A stretch of DNA of 39,744 nucleotides from Pseudomonadota bacterium. Its GTDB lineage: Bacteria; Myxococcota_A; UBA9042; CAIXZC01. The translations under genes were made by a program, and so were the position numbers. Of the stretch, positions 1-9,111 are shown one piece after another. Numbering within the stretch: the stretch's first letter is position 1; every line of letters starts with the position of its first letter. Location of the stretch: positions 1 through 39,744 of the forward strand of contig JBDRIT010000013.1 of assembly GCA_043815665.1 (NCBI GenBank). The letters are read 5' to 3'. The notes beneath the pieces are model-generated. The model did no database searches. It was given only the letters and a program-made list of their open reading frames with translations, and was not told the DNA's origin.

Positions 1-52
1 CTGAGGCTGAGCAACGGTAGGTGGGTCGGGCACTGAACGACTCAGGTTCGCC

Positions 53-130
53 GTGACCGTGACCGTGACCGTGACCGTGACCGTGACCGTGACCGTGACC
101 GTGACCGTGACCGTGACCGTGACCGTGACC
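53..130. repeat. (GTGACC)13 perfect hexanucleotide microsatellite
   Basis: 13 uninterrupted GTGACC units read directly in the sequence. No ORF of 60 aa or more spans it on either strand. Confidence 0.95.
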
Positions 131-683
131 GGCGCCAACCTCAGTTTGCCCCTCTGATCATGGGAGCCACAGCGGGATCATTTCGAGTAAATTCTGCACC
201 CGAGTTCTCTGCCAGAACCCACGAAGATGTCAGGAGGGCGAAAAAAAGGTTCTTCGCGATCGAGGTTGGGTCCGAGGTTCGTGGTGTGATGCGGGAGGTG
301 TCGCAGTGGCACCGAGGGGCCAACGCAAGGCCGAACCCCCCGCTCCGGTCGCGCGGCTCCGCCGGGCTCCCTTCTCTCCCCCCTCGGGGGGTCGAGAGGG
401 GTCTTGATGTAACCGCCAACTTACGTTTCGAGGGGCCAACCTCCCCCCCGTCGCCTCTGGCGACGTCGCCCCCAACGGGGGCGATTTTACCGTGCATGCT
501 GTGACGTTCGGGAGGGCTTCGGGCAGGTGCTGAGGCCCTCGGTGGGTTGCACTTGGCACGGGAAAAAATCTCCCCCTTGGGGTGAGGAGGGTACCGGCGC
601 AGCCGGTAGAACGCTCCGGTGGAGCGTTCGGCCCGACGCAAGGCGAGGAGCAGTGCGACGAGGGAGCTGCGAAGCAGCGAGGA

Positions 684-699
684 GGGGGGGGGGGGGGGG
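684..699. repeat. Homopolymeric G16 tract, followed by an A8 tract at 729-736
   Basis: Read directly: gaggag G16 ccggcc ... cccaaaaaaaag. It lies in a region with no credible ORF. Confidence 0.9.
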
Positions 700-756
700 C
701 CGGCCACCCAACGTCGATCGCGAAGACCCAAAAAAAAGTGCTTCTCCGAGCATTAT

Positions 757-806
757 TTCTGTACACCACCGCATCCGGCGGAGCCGGCGGGGCGGCTCGG
801 GATGAC
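757..806 (+). repeat. Copy A of a duplicated ~50 nt non-coding element (ACACCACC-N-TCCGGCGGAGCCGG-N-GGATGACGG)
   Basis: Near-identical to 1253-1301. It contains the hairpin CCGGC-gga-GCCGG and a GGGATGACGGG motif. Further GGATGACG copies occur at about 1166 and 1316. Confidence 0.6.
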
Positions 807-1252
807 GGGGGGAATCGGGGCGTAGGTCTCGTAGGAGCGGAGCTTCGTCCGCTCAACTGGGCTTCAAAGCCCCTCCTACAGTTTGGTCCGCGGTCGTCAT
901 TTCGCGCTTGGCTGATGATCCGGTCAAAGCTGAACGAGCCGATCCGGCCCCTGCCTTTGAGGCCGGCCTCCCCTTCTATTATGGTTCTCCCTTTACTTTG
1001 CGCTCGGCACTGGGGGCCTGCGTGGAGGGGTATCACCTGGACCGGCGTGAGCCGCAGCCAGGTGATGGCCCCGGAAACGGAGCAGGCCCCCGGAGACAGG
1101 CCGTTGTAGATGAGTGGGGCGATGCCCGAGAGGTTCACTTGACCGAAGGCCTCGCTGCGCTCGGGATGACGGGAGGGCTGCGCTTCTAGGAAACACCAAC
1201 CTCGGCTTTTTTCGACACAAGCTCAAAACCCAGCGATTCGCCGTGCATTTGT

Positions 1253-1301
1253 TTCTGAACACCACCTCGTCCGGCGGAGCCGGATGGGCAACTCAGGATG
1301 A
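1253..1301 (+). repeat. Copy B of the duplicated ~50 nt element
   Basis: The string catttgtttctgaacaccacctcgtccggcggagccgg...caggatgacg aligns with 743-806 at a high fraction of identical positions, in the same orientation. Confidence 0.6.
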
Positions 1302-1345
1302 CGACGGGGCGAGAGCGGGATGACGGGTTTCTTGCGCGACGACGA

Positions 1346-2143
1346 CTAGAGCAGCCCGACCTCATCCAGCCGCATCCAGCCGTCGCGCTCGTCCCCGATC
1401 CGGACCTCCAGGAGGCCGGCCTCGTCCGGGGTCGCGTCCAGGATGCGGATCTCGAGGCCCTCGGCCACGGGGATCCCCCGGGCCGCGGGGTTGGGGGCCT
1501 CCCGGAGCAGCGCGTCGGGGGCGGTGACCACAGCGAGGCGCAGCGTCCCGTCGGCCCAGAGGCGACCCCCGGCCAAGGTGAGGACCAGGAGGACGGGCAC
1601 CAGGGCCGCCCACGCGGCGACCCGCGCGGCCCCGTGGAGGTGGGCGAGACGCCGAAGCCCCAGGGCCCCCAGGGAGATCAGGAAGATCGCTGCGAGGGCC
1701 AGGGCGAGGGCGAGGATCAGGGGACGGGGGAGGATCGTGAACAGGGTCACCCAGAGCCCGTGGCTCTCGTCGAACACGAGCTGCCCCTTCTCGATGCGAT
1801 CCCGATCCCGCTCCAGCAACGCCTCCCGGGCCAGGGCCAGGTTGGCCTCGGTGTCCGCGGCCAGGTCCCCGCCCGGGTCCGCCCGGAGCGCCAGCTTGAG
1901 GTGGTGGATCGCCAGGCCGTAGCGCTCCATTCGGAGCGCCGCGGTGCCCAGGTTGTAGCGCAGGGCCGCGTTGTCCAGGCCCCCGTCCAGGAGGGCCTCG
2001 TAGCGCTGGAGCGCGGCCGCGTCCCGGCCCGCGAACCAGTCGTCGTTCGCTGCGCGCCACTGGGTCTCCGCGTCGACCCCGGCGCGGACCGGGCCCGCAG
2101 CGAGGAGCGCCGCCGCCGCCAGGAACAGCGAAAGGGATCTCAT
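1346..2143 (-). CDS. BatE-like protein (signal peptide, TPR-like region, TM segment, C-terminal SH3b-like domain); last gene of the Bat operon
   Basis: 265 aa ORF with an N-terminal signal peptide (MRSLSLFLAAAALLAAGPVRA), TPR-like helices, and a hydrophobic segment. Its start overlaps the batD-like stop by 4 nt (2140-2143). Its operon position matches BatE. Confidence 0.5.
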   Translation of the reverse strand: MRSLSLFLAAAALLAAGPVRAGVDAETQWRAANDDWFAGRDAAALQRYEALLDGGLDNAALRYNLGTAALRMERYGLAIHHLKLALRADPGGDLAADTEANLALAREALLERDRDRIEKGQLVFDESHGLWVTLFTILPRPLILALALALAAIFLISLGALGLRRLAHLHGAARVAAWAALVPVLLVLTLAGGRLWADGTLRLAVVTAPDALLREAPNPAARGIPVAEGLEIRILDATPDEAGLLEVRIGDERDGWMRLDEVGLL

Positions 2144-4053
2144 GGTGTCCCCCGCTGGGCGCGGAGCCCGTCGAGGCGGTCCAGGAGATCCCTGAGGCGC
2201 ATCACGGCCGCGGCGCGGTCTGCGTCCTGGGCTGCGGAGGGCGCGAAGCGGGCGTAGTCGCAGCTCTCCAGCTCCTCCCGGAGCGCCTGAATCAGCGTCG
2301 CGTCCGCGCCCAGTTCCCGGAGCGCGGACACGAGCCCGTCGCCGCCGCGGGCGGCGGGGGCCAGGTCGAAGCGATCACCGAGGTAGTCGCCCACCACGCG
2401 GGCCAGGGTCCCGTAGAATGCGGCGGTGTCCTCCCCGGGGTGGCGCAGCAGCTCTGCGAGGGCCTGTCGCGCCCTGCCCAGGGCCCGACGCCGTCCCTTC
2501 CCCTTCACGGGTCGGCGCCGGCGGAGGAGGCGTCCGGTCCAGGGCAGGAGGGCCGCGGCCCCAAGGATCCCCAGGGCCACCAGGAATCCGATGGGCACCG
2601 GGAGGGTCGCCGGGCGCGGCGGCGACGGCGCGAGGTCCGGGCCGGTGACCGGCCGCACCTGCTCGTTCACGTCCACGGCCGCAATGGGCGCCTCTGCTGC
2701 CGTGGGGCGGGTCAGGGTCACCGCGCCCAGGGGCGCGTCCACGCTCCTGTACTGGCCGGAGTCGGGGTCCAGGGTCACCAGGCGCAGGGCGCCGAGGTCC
2801 AGGGTCCCCGTGCGGTCCACCCGGAAGGGCACCTGCACCGAGATCTCGCCCCGGATCCCCTCCCGATCCGTAACCACCCCGCTCCGATCCACCGAGGGCT
2901 CCCGCACGGTCACCCCGGGGGGGGACGGGGGAGGCGGCGGCACGAGGCCGTAGAGGTTGCCCTCCCCGGAGATCCGGTACTTGACGAAGCCCCACGTCCC
3001 TGCCTGGAGCTCCAGGGGGATCTCAACGTCCTGGATCTCGAAGCGCCCCACGTTGCCGTCCCGGAACCCGTCGGCCCGGGGGGTCGGCACAGGCCGCACC
3101 TGGAGGGCCACCGTGGGCCCCTTGACCTCGTTCTGGTTCATCCCGGAGGAGAAGCTGATGGAGAAGCCGCCCCCGCCCCGGTGGACGGTGGTGCGGTTCA
3201 CGGAGACCACCGCGGTGGGCGGGGCCAGGGACCGCGCCCCGGTCTCCAGGGGGATCAGGAGGGAGCGTCCGAGGTTGTAGACCGTGTAGCGGCGGCCCCC
3301 GATGGTCTCCTTGCCGTCCTCCCGAACCTCCTGATCCAGGGGCTCCTGGCGGAAGCCCTCGGGTTCGGGGACCGAGACCTCCTGGACCCCCCCCACGGTC
3401 TGGTGATCCACGTAGAGCAGGTGATCCACCAGGAAGGGCTCGCTCACGTACGGGGTCCCCCGGGAGGGGCGGGTGAGGGTGAACGCGTCGTACTTCGACA
3501 GGGACGACAGGTCCCCGAGGGAGGCCGCGTCCAGGGAGAGGTCCGCGGAGGGGAAGACGGTCTCCTTCGACCCCTGCGGCTCCGTGGGTTGGAGCTCGCG
3601 TCGGGTTTGTCGGGGGCGGACGCGGCCCCGGGACGCACGCTTCGCCTTGTCGCCCTTCCCCGGCTTGACGGTGATCGTCTGGGGGGCCGAGGTCAGGAGG
3701 CTCTCCCGCGCCCGGAAGAAGCCGTCCCCCAGGAGGGAGGCCGTGGGGGTCTCGAGGCGCCCCGTCTTCTTTGGGGTCAGCCGGAACGCGAAGCGGCAGG
3801 GTGCGGACTTCACCTCGTAGCCGATGTTCATGCAGAACATGGGCTGGCGCACCCGCAGGGCCTCCACGTCGAAGAGCTCCGACGTCGGGGGCACCAGCTC
3901 CACGTGATCCGCGTTCACCGTGATCACGAGATCCACCCACTCGTTCTCGAAGATCTCCTCGTCGTCCACCTGGACGTCCAGCGCCCCCGCGCGCACCGCG
4001 GGCGCTGCGAGGACGAGGAACAACAGGGTGTGCACGAGTTGTCGCATTGCCAT
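2140..4053 (-). CDS. BatD-like oxygen-tolerance protein (secreted, C-terminal TM anchor plus cytoplasmic tail)
   Basis: 637 aa with a signal peptide (MAMRQLVHTLLFLVLAAPAVRA), a large extracytoplasmic domain, and a single C-terminal TM (IGFLVALGILGAAALLPW) followed by a basic stretch. Size and position between BatB/C and BatE are typical of BatD. Confidence 0.5.
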   Translation of the reverse strand: MAMRQLVHTLLFLVLAAPAVRAGALDVQVDDEEIFENEWVDLVITVNADHVELVPPTSELFDVEALRVRQPMFCMNIGYEVKSAPCRFAFRLTPKKTGRLETPTASLLGDGFFRARESLLTSAPQTITVKPGKGDKAKRASRGRVRPRQTRRELQPTEPQGSKETVFPSADLSLDAASLGDLSSLSKYDAFTLTRPSRGTPYVSEPFLVDHLLYVDHQTVGGVQEVSVPEPEGFRQEPLDQEVREDGKETIGGRRYTVYNLGRSLLIPLETGARSLAPPTAVVSVNRTTVHRGGGGFSISFSSGMNQNEVKGPTVALQVRPVPTPRADGFRDGNVGRFEIQDVEIPLELQAGTWGFVKYRISGEGNLYGLVPPPPPSPPGVTVREPSVDRSGVVTDREGIRGEISVQVPFRVDRTGTLDLGALRLVTLDPDSGQYRSVDAPLGAVTLTRPTAAEAPIAAVDVNEQVRPVTGPDLAPSPPRPATLPVPIGFLVALGILGAAALLPWTGRLLRRRRPVKGKGRRRALGRARQALAELLRHPGEDTAAFYGTLARVVGDYLGDRFDLAPAARGGDGLVSALRELGADATLIQALREELESCDYARFAPSAAQDADRAAAVMRLRDLLDRLDGLRAQRGTP

Positions 4054-4118
4054 TCCAACGTTCAGGGCCAGGGACGGATTCTAGTCACGATCCCCCACAA
4101 CCGCAACGCCCGTCGCCC

Positions 4119-7076
4119 TTACCAAGCCTTCCCTCCCGGGATCCGGACGTTGGGCATCCCCTCGAGGGCCTTCTCTGCCTCCAGGTTCCGCCGCTTCTTT
4201 TGATCGAGCTGGTCCATCTGCTGATCGATGGCCTGTTGTTGCTCCTCCTGCTGTTGCTGCTGCTCCTTCTCGTCGTCGCCGCCACCGCCGCCGCCGCCCT
4301 GGGGCTCCTGGATCTGGAGCGTGTAGAAGTTCGTCCCGTCGGGCGTCGCACCGGAGATCCGGAGCAGCCAGGTCCCCGGCGCGTCCTCCCCGGCCTCGAG
4401 GACCACGCCCTCCCCGGGCGTCTCGTCGCTGCTCTCGTCGCTGTGCTCCACCGGGTTTGCGGTGTCCTCGGGGTCGTAGGCTTCGAGGAGCAGATCTCCG
4501 TCCCCGTGGACGAAGACCGCCTGCACCTGGGCTTTCTCGCCAGCGGGCAGCTCCAGGCGGAACCAGTCGTCGTCCCCCCCGCAGCGGCGCAGCTCCAGGG
4601 GTTGCCCCCCCTTCTGCACGGGCTTGGCCGCGTCCGGGGTGTCGTCGTCCTCGTTCTTGTCGTCCCCCTCGGGGCAGGGGGGCACCCCCCGGACGGTGAG
4701 CTGCCCCGCCGCCTCGGCGCCGGCCAGTCGGATGTAGTAGATCCCCTCCTGGAGCTCCTGCGCGGACGCCGCGAAGCGGCTCGCAGGCGCGGCGGCGGCC
4801 CCCGGTGCGGCGGGTTGTCCTTCGCCCAGGTCCCCTCCCGTGGCCACCACCCGACCGGCCTCGTCCTGGATCTCGAGGGTCAGGGCCCCGTCCAGCACCT
4901 CTCCTTCGAAGGTCGTGAAGAGGGTCCAGCCCGCCTGGACGCCCGTCCGGAACCAGTCCTCGTCCCCGGGGCAGAGGCGCAGGGTCAGGGGCGCGCCGTC
5001 CTCGGGGAGGTCCTTCGCCGCAGACAGGGTGTCGTTGTCCTCCTGCCCGTCCTCCAGGGACGCACAGGTGGGGAGGGTCTCCAGGCCCAGCCGGTAGCCG
5101 TGCTCCTCATCGTCCGGCGCACGCACCCGCAGGGTCCAGGTGGCCTCGCTGTCGGAGAGGTTCTCCGTCAGGAGGACTCCGTCGCTGTCCGCGAAGAGGG
5201 TCGCGGAGTCCGCCAGGCCGGAGGCCCCTTCCATGAGCTCGAGGGTCACGCCGACGGCGGGTTGACCCCGGGGTGGGAGGGGCGGGGTTGCGGCGGCCTC
5301 GTCGGGGGCCGCCCCAGGCGGCGCCTCCGGGGCGGCGGGAGCCGCGGCGCCGGGTCGTGCGAGCCACGCGCGGAGCCTGTGCCCCGCCGGCACCGTCACC
5401 CCGTAGTGGTCCACGTCCTCGGGACAGAGGAGCAGGTCCACGCCCCCGATCTCGGGCTCCCAGGCCGTGGGCCGGACGGGGGAGTTGTTGGGTTCGTACG
5501 TCTCCTGCCGCCGGGAGCAGGGCGGATGGAGGTGGAGGAGGGCCAGCTCCAGGTTCTCCGAGGCCCCGTCGACGCCGGGGTCCTTCCGGATCGCGGCGCG
5601 CAGGGATCCCACGGCCTGCTCCAGGGCGGCCTTCCGCTCCGCATCCTCTTCCTTCGAGAGGGCCAGCCGCAGGTACGCGAGGCCCTGGTTTGCCAGGATC
5701 GCCGCCTCCAGCTCCGGCCCGGTTTTTTCAGCGGCTCGCTTGAATGCGTCCAGCGCCGCGTCGTAGTCCCCGGCCGCGAGGTGCGCGGTTCCCAGGTCGT
5801 AGTGCAGCTCCGCCCGCTCCGGGATCTTCTCGCGGAGGGCCTCCAGGGAGGCGGCGGCCTCCGCGTACTCCTCCCCCGCGTACCGCTCGTTGGCTTCGTC
5901 CACCGCGGAGTTCGTGGTCTCGAACATGCCGCAGGAGGGCACGGCGAGGAGGGCCAGGAGCACCGCGAAGGTCCCCCGCCGCCGCCACCCGGCCAGCGCG
6001 AGGCTCAGCGCGAGGAGCGCCAACCCCGGCGCCAGGAGGAGCTGGAAACGGTCCTTCCGGAGCTTCTCCAGGGTCGCCTCGACCTCCTGCTTCTCCAGGC
6101 GGTCCAGCTCCTCGAAGATTGCGGCAGCGATGGGCTGGCCGGTGTAGTGGAAGTACCGGCCGCCGGTGATCTCCGCCACCTGCTTCAGCAGGTCCTCGTT
6201 GAGCCGGGACACCACCGGGTCTCCGGTCTCCTCGTCGGTGAGGCGGCCGCCGGTGGGTTCGCCGGTCTCCCCGTCCAGCTCCGGCACGAGATCCCCTGCG
6301 TGGGGATCTCCGACGCCGATGGTGTACACCCGGATCCCCAGGTCCTTGGCTCTGCGGGCCACCGTCAGGGGCTCCGAGCCGTGGTCCTCGCCGTCGCTGA
6401 CCAGCACGATCACCTTGTACTTGCTCCCCGCGTAGGGGTGGAGGATCTCCGTCGTGTTCTCCTTCGCCCCCGTCTTCGCCTTCGCGCTGTCCTTCTCCGC
6501 GCGTCCCGCGCCCAGGAGCTCGAGGGAGACGGCGAGCGCGCGGCCGACCGCGGTGCCGGGAACGGGCAGGTCCGCGGGGTTCATGTCCCGCAGGTAGCTG
6601 CGGATTGCGCCGAAGTCCGAGGTCATGGGGCTCTGCTTGTACGCGATCCCCGCGAAGGGAACCAGCCCCACCCGGCCGCCGTTGAGGCGGGTGAGGAGCT
6701 CCTCGAGCTCCAGCACCGACGCGTGGAGCCGGTCGGGCTCCACGTCCCGGGTGAGCATGCTCGCGCTCATGTCCAGTGCGACGACCACGTCGAGGCCCTT
6801 GCGGGTCCACTCGGACTCCTCCATGCCGTACTGGGGTCGGAGCGCGGCCAGGCCGAAGAGGGCCATTGCCACGAGGAAGAGCACCGCGGAGACCGCCCTG
6901 GCCGCGGGGGACGTGTCCTCGGTGAGGAGCCCCCGCAGGGGCCCGTCGGCCAGGCGCCGGGCCATCCGGGCTCGCCAGAGGGCAAGCCCCAACCGGGCCG
7001 CTATCAGGACCGCGAGGCCCAGGGCCACGGCCCACCACCAGGCACCATTGTGGAAGAAGAGGCCGCCCTCGATCAT
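4119..7076 (-). CDS. BatB/BatC-like fusion: TM-VWA-TM followed by TPR, three PPC (pre-peptidase C-terminal-like) domains and an acidic Gln-rich tail
   Basis: 985 aa. The VWA domain carries the MIDAS motif DVVVALDMSASM, flanked by TM segments as in BatB. TPR helices follow (HYDLGTAHLAAGDYDAALDAFKRA). Three repeats then show EPNN/NDT...LxLCPxDxDWFR signatures (PPC-like). The tail is GGGGGGGDDEKEQQQQQEEQQQ. The start overlaps the batA stop (ATGA at 7073-7076). Confidence 0.6.
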   Translation of the reverse strand: MIEGGLFFHNGAWWWAVALGLAVLIAARLGLALWRARMARRLADGPLRGLLTEDTSPAARAVSAVLFLVAMALFGLAALRPQYGMEESEWTRKGLDVVVALDMSASMLTRDVEPDRLHASVLELEELLTRLNGGRVGLVPFAGIAYKQSPMTSDFGAIRSYLRDMNPADLPVPGTAVGRALAVSLELLGAGRAEKDSAKAKTGAKENTTEILHPYAGSKYKVIVLVSDGEDHGSEPLTVARRAKDLGIRVYTIGVGDPHAGDLVPELDGETGEPTGGRLTDEETGDPVVSRLNEDLLKQVAEITGGRYFHYTGQPIAAAIFEELDRLEKQEVEATLEKLRKDRFQLLLAPGLALLALSLALAGWRRRGTFAVLLALLAVPSCGMFETTNSAVDEANERYAGEEYAEAAASLEALREKIPERAELHYDLGTAHLAAGDYDAALDAFKRAAEKTGPELEAAILANQGLAYLRLALSKEEDAERKAALEQAVGSLRAAIRKDPGVDGASENLELALLHLHPPCSRRQETYEPNNSPVRPTAWEPEIGGVDLLLCPEDVDHYGVTVPAGHRLRAWLARPGAAAPAAPEAPPGAAPDEAAATPPLPPRGQPAVGVTLELMEGASGLADSATLFADSDGVLLTENLSDSEATWTLRVRAPDDEEHGYRLGLETLPTCASLEDGQEDNDTLSAAKDLPEDGAPLTLRLCPGDEDWFRTGVQAGWTLFTTFEGEVLDGALTLEIQDEAGRVVATGGDLGEGQPAAPGAAAAPASRFAASAQELQEGIYYIRLAGAEAAGQLTVRGVPPCPEGDDKNEDDDTPDAAKPVQKGGQPLELRRCGGDDDWFRLELPAGEKAQVQAVFVHGDGDLLLEAYDPEDTANPVEHSDESSDETPGEGVVLEAGEDAPGTWLLRISGATPDGTNFYTLQIQEPQGGGGGGGDDEKEQQQQQEEQQQAIDQQMDQLDQKKRRNLEAEKALEGMPNVRIPGGKAW

Positions 7077-8164
7077 GGGAACCTCCTGAGGACCGTGGTC
7101 TGCAGCAGGAGCCCGAGGGACAGGAGGGCCAGGCCCGCCAGGAGGAAGGGGAGGAACTCCTCCTTCTGGAAGGCGACCCGCTCCTCGAGGCGCTCGGAGC
7201 GCTCCAGGTCCTCGAACTGCTTTCGAAAGGAGGCCTCGTCGTAGGAGACCTGGAAGGTCCCCCGGGCCGCCTCCACCAGGGATCGGATCTGCGCCTCGTC
7301 CACGTGGCCGGGGTCGTCCGCGTAGAGCAGCCGCCCGAACTGGTCATGGAGGTAGCGTCCGTTGGGGCCCACCGCCGGGGTCTTGGTGTCCGTGCCGCTG
7401 CCGATGAGGAACGCGTAGAGCCGGGGGCGCTCGTCGTCGGACAGCGCCCCGAGGCGTTTTGCGACGTCCATGGGCTTGAGCTTGCTGGCGTTGTCGTTGC
7501 CGTCGGTGATCAGGATGATGACCTTGCCCGCGCCCTCCCCGTCCTCCAGGCGCTTCCACCCCCGGGAGAGCGCGTCGCCGATCGCGGTGCGCGCCCCCTC
7601 GATGGTGCAGCGGTTGAGGCAGCTGGAATCGCCCCGTCCCCGATCCCGCTCGCCGGAGTCGAGCTCCAGCCCCTCGAGCTGGTCGAGGGCGGTCCGATAG
7701 TCCAGCGTCAACGGAAATTTCAAGAATGCGTCCTGTGAAAAGATCACCAGGCCGATGCGGTCGCCCTGGCGCTTGCTGATGAAGTCCCGGAGCGCGGCGC
7801 GGGCCACCTCGAAGCGGTTGGAGGGCTCCGAGCCCTCGGCCTGGAGCGCGGACAGGGCCGCGTCGGGCAGGTCCACCGCGTTCATGGAGCCGGACATGTC
7901 CAGGCAGATCATGATGTCCAGCCCCTCGCCGGTGAGCTCCTCCCAGTCCTCGGTCTGGGGCCGGGCCAGGGCCACGACGACGAGCGCGAAGCCCAGGACG
8001 AAGGCGAGGGTCGGGAGGCCCGCGAGGCGGACCTTGGGGCCCGCGCCGGCCGCGTCCAGGGCTGGCTGGTTCGCGAAGCGCCACCCGGGGCGTCCCCGGC
8101 GGAGCCAGAGGACCAGGGGCAGCGCGAGGAGCGCGAGGAAGGCCCACGGCGTCGCGAAGCTCAT
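7073..8164 (-). CDS. BatA-like VWA-domain membrane protein
   Basis: 363 aa with an N-terminal TM, a VWA MIDAS motif DIMICLDMSGSM, and a C-terminal TM (FLPFLLAGLALLSLGLLL). It has 4 nt overlaps with both neighbours. Confidence 0.7.
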   Translation of the reverse strand: MSFATPWAFLALLALPLVLWLRRGRPGWRFANQPALDAAGAGPKVRLAGLPTLAFVLGFALVVVALARPQTEDWEELTGEGLDIMICLDMSGSMNAVDLPDAALSALQAEGSEPSNRFEVARAALRDFISKRQGDRIGLVIFSQDAFLKFPLTLDYRTALDQLEGLELDSGERDRGRGDSSCLNRCTIEGARTAIGDALSRGWKRLEDGEGAGKVIILITDGNDNASKLKPMDVAKRLGALSDDERPRLYAFLIGSGTDTKTPAVGPNGRYLHDQFGRLLYADDPGHVDEAQIRSLVEAARGTFQVSYDEASFRKQFEDLERSERLEERVAFQKEEFLPFLLAGLALLSLGLLLQTTVLRRFP

Positions 8165-9111
8165 GACGCGCCCTCCGTCTTCTGGGCCAGGGTCTTCTCC
8201 ACCAGGCGCTCCACCTGCCGCAGCGCGCTCCGGGCGGAGTCCGGCGTGGGCTCCAGCTTGGCGAACTTCACCAGGTCGAAGTCACCCAGCAGGACCACCA
8301 CCTCCTCCAGGATCATCCCCTCCATGCGCACCCGCTTGAGCCGCTGGGTCAGCTCCGTGGTGGTGAGGTCCATGGAGTCGAAGCCGAAGCGGCCCCCCAG
8401 GTACTCCCGGAGGGTCTCCGAGAGCTCGGTGTAGTAGGCGGCGAAGGCGCCCTTCTCCAGGAGGTCCGACGCGGCCAGTCGCATCAGCCGTGCCCGTGCC
8501 CGCTCGTGGGGGGGGATCGGCGGCGGCGGCGGGGGCCGGCGGTGGAGGCGGCGCCAGCGGATCACCGCGAGGGTCGTGGCGGTGGCCGTCACGGCCACCC
8601 CGAGGATGATCAGGGCCCAAACCAGCACCCAGTGGGTCTCGGCCAGGGGCACCGGCGGCACCGGCGCCGCGGGGGGCGGGTCCACCTCCGTGGGGAAGTG
8701 TGTCCCGGTGTGGAACCGTACCTTGGGCACGGCGACGCCGACCTCGCCCCCCGCCGGCAGCTCGAAGCGCAGGCGCTGGGCGGGGATCCGGATCCAGCCG
8801 ACCCCCGCGACCCGCATGGGCACGGTGAGATCGTAGCGGACGTGGTCTCCCGCCAGGACCTCGCGCTGCAAGGAGATCTGATCGCGGAGCAGCAGGAGAT
8901 CCTCGGGGACGTCCAGGCCCTCGGGGGGCTTCATGCGGACCCCCGCGGGGACGTCTACCCGCACATGCCACTCCACGTCGTCCCCCACGGTGGGGTCCTC
9001 GGGCATGTCCACCCAGACCGCGGGCTTGAGGTCGCTGCCCGTCGCGGGCTCCTGGGCCAGCGCGGGCAGCGCGGCGAGGAGCAGGAGCGTGGCCAGGAGG
9101 TGTTTCATCAA
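8161..9111 (-). CDS. Membrane protein of the MoxR/Bat operon (signal peptide, extracytoplasmic domain, TM, Pro-rich linker, DUF4381-like cytoplasmic tail)
   Basis: 316 aa with a signal peptide (MMKHLLATLLLLAALPALA), a TM (WVLVWALIILGVAVTATATTLAVI), then PPPPPPIPP and a C-terminal helical domain. Its position between DUF58 and BatA matches the slot usually taken by a DUF4381 protein. Confidence 0.45.
   Translation of the reverse strand: MMKHLLATLLLLAALPALAQEPATGSDLKPAVWVDMPEDPTVGDDVEWHVRVDVPAGVRMKPPEGLDVPEDLLLLRDQISLQREVLAGDHVRYDLTVPMRVAGVGWIRIPAQRLRFELPAGGEVGVAVPKVRFHTGTHFPTEVDPPPAAPVPPVPLAETHWVLVWALIILGVAVTATATTLAVIRWRRLHRRPPPPPPIPPHERARARLMRLAASDLLEKGAFAAYYTELSETLREYLGGRFGFDSMDLTTTELTQRLKRVRMEGMILEEVVVLLGDFDLVKFAKLEPTPDSARSALRQVERLVEKTLAQKTEGAS

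Noticed and set aside
53-130. CRISPR array or coding repeat interpretation of (GTGACC)13
   Set aside because: The units are contiguous with no spacers, so this is not a CRISPR array. No ORF of 60 aa or more spans it on either strand. It is kept only as a microsatellite.
826-890. tRNA-like or tmRNA/SRP-like structured element (GTAGGAG...GCGGA-gcttcg-TCCGC...GGGCTT-caa-AGCCC...CTCCTAC)
   Set aside because: It has no T-loop GTTCRA consensus or D-loop features, no tmRNA tag reading frame, and no RNase P or SRP conserved boxes. The nested hairpins alone are insufficient in GC-rich DNA.
2440-4203. 587 aa plus-strand ORF, and similar long ORFs at 4047-7244 (+), 5728-7347 (-), 9384-11123 (+), 11079-12692 (-), 12844-15471 (+), 15609-18188 (-), 19040-22054 (+), 21913-24780 upstream part (-), 25858-26937 (+), 26939-29512 (-), 31233-32918 (-)
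   Set aside because: These are antisense or out-of-frame shadow ORFs, typical of roughly 70% GC DNA. Their translations are Arg/Pro/Gly-rich low complexity with no domain signatures. Each overlaps a well-supported gene on the other strand or frame.
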